DNA of 64,000 bases, taken from contig CAWFOU010000007.1 in assembly GCA_963817525.1 (NCBI GenBank), positions 1,024,001 through 1,088,000 of the forward strand, in the 5' to 3' direction. This DNA comes from an uncultured archaeon (lineage in GTDB: Archaea; Thermoproteota; Nitrososphaeria; Nitrososphaerales; Gagatemarchaeaceae). Positions 59,742 to 64,000 of this stretch are shown in pieces. Numbering within the stretch: the first letter of the stretch is position 1; every line of letters starts with the position of its first letter. The position numbers and the translations under genes were made by a program. Under the pieces are notes generated by a model, which made no database searches, had not been told where the DNA came from, and saw only the letters and a program-made list of their open reading frames with translations.

Positions 59742-61329
59742 CCAGGATAGTCGTCGACCCCGTCGCTAGGATAGAGGGGCACATGAAGGTGGAGGTCGAG
59801 GTGGACGACACAACCAACCTCGTGACCTCGGGCAAGTGCAGCGCCGTCCTCTACAGGGGTTTCGAGAACATAGTCCTGGGGAGGGACCCGAGGGACGCGG
59901 CTCCGATACTCTCAGCGATATGCGGGGTCTGCCACAGCGACCACCACATAAACTCCGTCAGGGCGGTCGAGAACGCGGCCGGGATGCTCTCCTACCCGAG
60001 CAGCTACAGCACGGAGCAGACGAGCATCCCAAAGAACGCCGTCCTGAGCAGGAACGTGATACTGGGAGCGGACTGGGCGTATTCGCACGCAGCGCACCTT
60101 CTGGTCCTCGCGGGGCCTGACTATGCGCTCTACAACCTCCTCCAGGTCCTGAGCCAGTCCGTGGTAATCACCGACTATGCGAGCCTCCTAAAATGGGCCG
60201 TGATACCCGCGCAGGCGTACATGCATCAGCTCATCACCCTCTGGGGCGGGAAGACCCCCACCAGAGGGGGTCGATCCCGGGAGGGAACCCGGTCAGGCCT
60301 ACGGCCGACGTCATCGAGCAGTCGAAGAACAAGGTCTCGAACCTCAGGACCATCACCGACGTCGTCGCCCCCGTGATCTGGAACTTCCTCACCGCGGACG
60401 CCATCCAGCTCTCCCAGCTCGGGCCAGGCCCCGGAAACTTCATCTCGCTCGGGGCCTTCCCCGACCCGACCACCTCCTCAGGAACGTCGAGCATGCCTTT
60501 GACCCTCCCGAGGGGAGTCCTGGTCTATCCGAGCACGACGCCCATCCCATTCGACCCGACCCAGATCACCGAGACCGTCCCCTACTCTTGGTACAACCAG
60601 CCGCTCTCCGTCCCCGTGATCGGAGAGCAGCCGCCCGTCCCCGACCAGACGAACCCGAACGCCTACTCGTGGGCCAAGTCGCCGCGATACGCAGGCAACC
60701 CGACCGAGAGCGGCCCGCTCGCGCGCGAATACGTCTCCGGCATATACCCGAAGCTGGGGCAGATAGTGAACAGCATAGTCCCCTCAGTGCCGGGGTTTCC
60801 CCTCAACCCCAAGGGGTCGGTCTTCGACAGGCTCGTGACGAGGGCGATAGAGCTGGTGGCTCTCGTGGGCTCGAACAACACGACGAAGAACCTCATGGCG
60901 CTAGGACAGCCGCTCAACCTCTCCCTCGTGGACGTCCTGACCGCCCTCGGCCTGCCGACGAACGGCCTCATCGAGACCTGGCTGGACGGGATGGACGTCG
61001 GTGAACCGGCCTACACTCCCTACACCGAACCCACGTCGGGCCAGGGGATGGGGCTCTGGGAGGCTCCACGCGGATCTTTGTTCCACTGGCTGAGCATAGA
61101 CTCTAGCAAAGTGAGCGACTACCAGGTCGTGGCGCCCACGACGTGGAACGTCTCCCCCAACGGCCCTCTCGAGGGCGCGCTGGTGGGGACCCCGGTCGGG
61201 ACAACGGGGACCAACCAGGACCTGAGGCAGACCGCGTGGGTGGTGAGGTCGTTCGACCTGTGCCTTGCGTGCACCGTCCACACCATCGACGCACGCGGGA
61301 ACGAGCGCTACGTCAAGATCAGGCCGTGA
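59738..61329 (+). CDS. [NiFe]-hydrogenase large subunit (frameshift in C-run 60255-60259)
   Basis: DPVARIEGH, RGFE, ICGVC, GGKTPH, YSWAKSPRY, EAPRG, PTTWN, RSFDLCLACTVH + cleavable tail. Confidence 0.93.
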
Positions 61330-61339
61330 TCGTGCGCCC

Positions 61340-62092
61340 ATGCCCGAGAAGACCGTAAGGACGATGCGGCACGACCTTGCGGTGAGGCTCGTCCATTGGG
61401 CGATAGTCGTCGAGGGCGCCTTCCTGCTCCTGAGCGGGGCCCAGCTCAACGGCCTCCTCCCGTTCATCACGTGGGATCTCTACTCGTACCACATCATCGT
61501 GGGGTTCGCGTTCATAGGGACCGCGGTCATATTCTTCTACGTCGTCCTCGCCGAGCACGACTACCACTGGTTCGGGCTGCGACGGATCCCGTACTCGATC
61601 CGCTTCATTCTCGCGGAGGCTGGGTACTGGTTCAGGCTCAGGCCGAAGGTAGACGAGGCCAAGATAAAGTTCGACGCGCAGAAGGGCCAATACGTAGAGA
61701 AGCTCATACCGAGCGTCATCGTGGTCTGGTGGCTCTACATTGCGATGGGTGTCATCCTCACGCTGACCGGCCTCGCGGACGCCTTCCCGAAGACCTTCGC
61801 CTGGGAATACACGCTCTTGAACCCCATAGGCCTTGCGCTCACCGGGGTCGACGGCCTGCCGTGGATACTCGCGGTGCACAGGCTGGTCGCCGTGCTGCTG
61901 GTCTGCACCGTGGCGCTGCACCTCTACGCGTCGATCTTGTACAGGCTCGTCGGCTCCATCTTCATAGGATACAGGAACGAGCCAGTCGCGGAGAGTGAAA
62001 AGCCCCCTGCAGGACCTCCGCTCGTCGCGGCCTTTCACGCCCCCAAGGAACCCCTGGCCAAGACCCCAGACGACGAAGGACGTCACGCCTGA
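61340..62092 (+). CDS. Hydrogenase-associated cytochrome b subunit
   Basis: VRLVHW, YHIIVG, VHRL, LHLY: four TM His. Confidence 0.85.
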   Translation: MPEKTVRTMRHDLAVRLVHWAIVVEGAFLLLSGAQLNGLLPFITWDLYSYHIIVGFAFIGTAVIFFYVVLAEHDYHWFGLRRIPYSIRFILAEAGYWFRLRPKVDEAKIKFDAQKGQYVEKLIPSVIVVWWLYIAMGVILTLTGLADAFPKTFAWEYTLLNPIGLALTGVDGLPWILAVHRLVAVLLVCTVALHLYASILYRLVGSIFIGYRNEPVAESEKPPAGPPLVAAFHAPKEPLAKTPDDEGRHA

Positions 62093-62121
62093 CGACGCAT
62101 GACCGCGGATCTACGAGGCGG

Positions 62122-62619
62122 GTGGGAGAGTTGCAAAGGGGGGTCGTGATAATAGGTCTCGGCAACGTGTTCCTGCACGACGACGCGGTAGGCGTCAGGG
62201 TCGCCGAGGCGCTGACTGATGTGGCGCCGAACCTGAAAGCCTCCCAAAGCGTCCATGTCGAGAAATACGAGGAGATGGACCTGTCCATCCTGCAGGAGAT
62301 GAAGGACGCGTCCAGGCTGATAATCATAGACTCGATCAAGTCGGGAACGGACCCGGGAACTGTCTCGTTATTCCAACTCGGAGAAAGGCCAGGCGAACTG
62401 GAGAGCATCCCCAGCCTCCACGAGCTCGACCTCTCCGACATGGTGTACCTGGCACAAACGCTCGGGATGCTGCACTGTCCGGTCCTCATAGTGGGAGTCG
62501 AGCCGGAAGACCTCAGCATCGGGGAGGGGCTCTCGGCAAGGGTTGAAGCGGCAATACCTCGCGCCGTGACGGCCGTCCTCTCGAGCCTGGGCGAACAAGG
62601 AGGCAGATGCGGAGAATGA
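62122..62619 (+). CDS. Hydrogenase maturation protease
   Basis: GLGNVFLHDDAVG, IIDS, SLH, GVEP, GLS..V. Confidence 0.93.
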   Translation: MGELQRGVVIIGLGNVFLHDDAVGVRVAEALTDVAPNLKASQSVHVEKYEEMDLSILQEMKDASRLIIIDSIKSGTDPGTVSLFQLGERPGELESIPSLHELDLSDMVYLAQTLGMLHCPVLIVGVEPEDLSIGEGLSARVEAAIPRAVTAVLSSLGEQGGRCGE

Positions 62620-62635
62620 GGAGGGCGCGACGGCG

Positions 62636-63490
62636 ATGAGCAATAGCGAGGACGGCCCGGTCATCGCGTCTGCCGCTGAATCGGCGGACTCCGTCGCGTC
62701 AGGCCCTAGGCTGACCGTTCTCTTGGTCAACCAGTCCTCGTCGATGGACTCGCCGTTCGGGGCGTACGGGATATCGATGTCCGAGGGCATCGCGGACGCG
62801 CTGAACCTCTACCTCCAGAGGATCGCGGAAAGAAGGAAGGGCGCAGGCGCTAGCGAGTTCGAGAGCGGGAACTTCGGGGTCTCCATCATCGGCTACGGCT
62901 TCGAGGCGGGCGCGGCTGACAAGATCTTCTCCATGGAGTCGGACAGCGTCTGGGCGGACGAGAGGCGCACGCACTCAGACAAGTCGACCCCGAGCTCAGA
63001 CGACACCCTGTCTAGCTTCTCGACTTGGGTAGACCCCGCCGCGGGGTCGGCCGACGCCCCTCTCTGCAAGGCGCTCTCCACGGCTTCGTCCGTCATAGAG
63101 CCCTGGGTCTCGAAGCACAGGCTGGCCCCTCCCCCGAGGGTGGTCAACATCACCGACGGCGGGATGACCGACGGCGACCCTTCCGAGCCCGCCGAACGGC
63201 TTTGCAGCCTTTCGACCTTGAATGGCGCGACCTCCCTATGGACCTGTCACGTCTGCGGGGACCCGGAGCCGGGAACCCTGCTCTTCCCCAACAACGCGGC
63301 GCTGCTCGCGCCGGAGCTCTCGCCCCTCTTCGCGTCGACGAGCTTCCTGCCCCACGACGGCCTCTCGAACCTTCTGATGGAGTTCCCCGAGGTCTCGAAG
63401 ATATCGGGAGCCAAGGCTTCTGTCTTTTACGCGGACCTCCGGACCCTGGTGAGGTTCCTGGCGTTCGTCACCAGGGTCCCGATGCCCTGA
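62636..63490 (+). CDS. vWA-domain protein (degenerate MIDAS)
   Basis: LLVNQSSSM, IIGYG, NITDGGMTDGDP, LFASTS.LP. Confidence 0.7.
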   Translation: MSNSEDGPVIASAAESADSVASGPRLTVLLVNQSSSMDSPFGAYGISMSEGIADALNLYLQRIAERRKGAGASEFESGNFGVSIIGYGFEAGAADKIFSMESDSVWADERRTHSDKSTPSSDDTLSSFSTWVDPAAGSADAPLCKALSTASSVIEPWVSKHRLAPPPRVVNITDGGMTDGDPSEPAERLCSLSTLNGATSLWTCHVCGDPEPGTLLFPNNAALLAPELSPLFASTSFLPHDGLSNLLMEFPEVSKISGAKASVFYADLRTLVRFLAFVTRVPMP

Positions 63491-63509
63491 CGCGGATCTC
63501 TTTTCCGCG

Positions 63510-63896
63510 TCACCCGACTATCTTGGTGATATCCTTCGCTATCCCTTTTTCTACCTGGGTGGTCCAAAGCGCCTCGGGGACGTCCACGGCGAGGAACAAC
63601 GTGGATAGGAGCAAGGTCTCCACCGCGGCGACCGCCAGACCCTGCACGAACTTGCCTATTCCAAGGTGGATGGTGAAGTCGTTTGGCTCGCCCGTGATCA
63701 TGATTGTGAACGCTCTGTCCGCAAGGACGATGTCGCGAAGAAATCCCGCCTTTTGGACCTGGATTACCCTGCCGAGGGGAGGGTTCGCGTACTGAATCTT
63801 GTATCCCTGCGACTTCAACTGCGCCTGGATTTGCGAAGCGAGCTCGTCCAGGTCCTTGTTCTTGTTCTGAAAGTGCATTACCTTCTCTGAAACCAT
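63510..63896 (-). CDS. Hypothetical protein
   Basis: 128-aa ORF with ATG start and upstream TATA-like box; no motif recognised. Confidence 0.6.
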   Translation of the reverse strand: MVSEKVMHFQNKNKDLDELASQIQAQLKSQGYKIQYANPPLGRVIQVQKAGFLRDIVLADRAFTIMITGEPNDFTIHLGIGKFVQGLAVAAVETLLLSTLFLAVDVPEALWTTQVEKGIAKDITKIVG

Positions 63897-64000
63897 GTCT
63901 TATCTCGGGCCTTAGAGATGCCAAGAGTTAATACGGGTTTCTGCAGTGAACCCTATTGTCTCCTTCGGCTGGACCCACCGGCGACGGAGGCTCCGAGCCT

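Noticed and set aside
63902-63918. Further weak matches to the regulon motif (here and near 4339)
   Set aside because: Too many mismatches and not at the 10-bp spacing upstream of a TATA box
1-64000. CRISPR array or cas genes
   Set aside because: No regularly spaced repeats seen; the only RuvC protein is TnpB

Overview
High-GC archaeal DNA, most consistent with a non-ammonia-oxidising Nitrososphaerota lineage (inferred from TATA-box promoters, class II HMG-CoA reductase, archaeal Hsp20, PurD-like and A-ATPase subunit I proteins). 1-21 kb is mostly housekeeping and transport: NitT/TauT ABC system, fhs, ABC-2 exporter, hmgA, purD-like, tRNA-Val, a low-GC AbrB / proteasome-fold / acidic mini-protein cassette and a decayed TnpB element. 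tRNA-Ala and tRNA-Ile flank a free-standing LAGLIDADG gene. A ~5.8 kb decayed integrative island, bounded by a 16-bp att repeat, sits in tRNA-Ile and carries two G1-peptidase-like + membrane-anchored-partner pairs. An unannotated 51-aa gene with 19 Met and 4 Cys lies at 31373-31528. 40-46 kb is a putative copper/redox membrane cluster. 46-62 kb is a putative H2-oxidation locus with an inverted duplication of usp + orphan ATPase subunit I, a B12 radical SAM gene, a Ni permease, two regulators, an intact IS and a group 1-type [NiFe]-hydrogenase with unusual ligands. Four promoters there share TTCTCA-N4-TGRGAATC exactly 10 bp upstream of the TATA box. Many single-base frameshifts look like long-read errors. 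All family calls come from motif recognition by eye; no searches were run.
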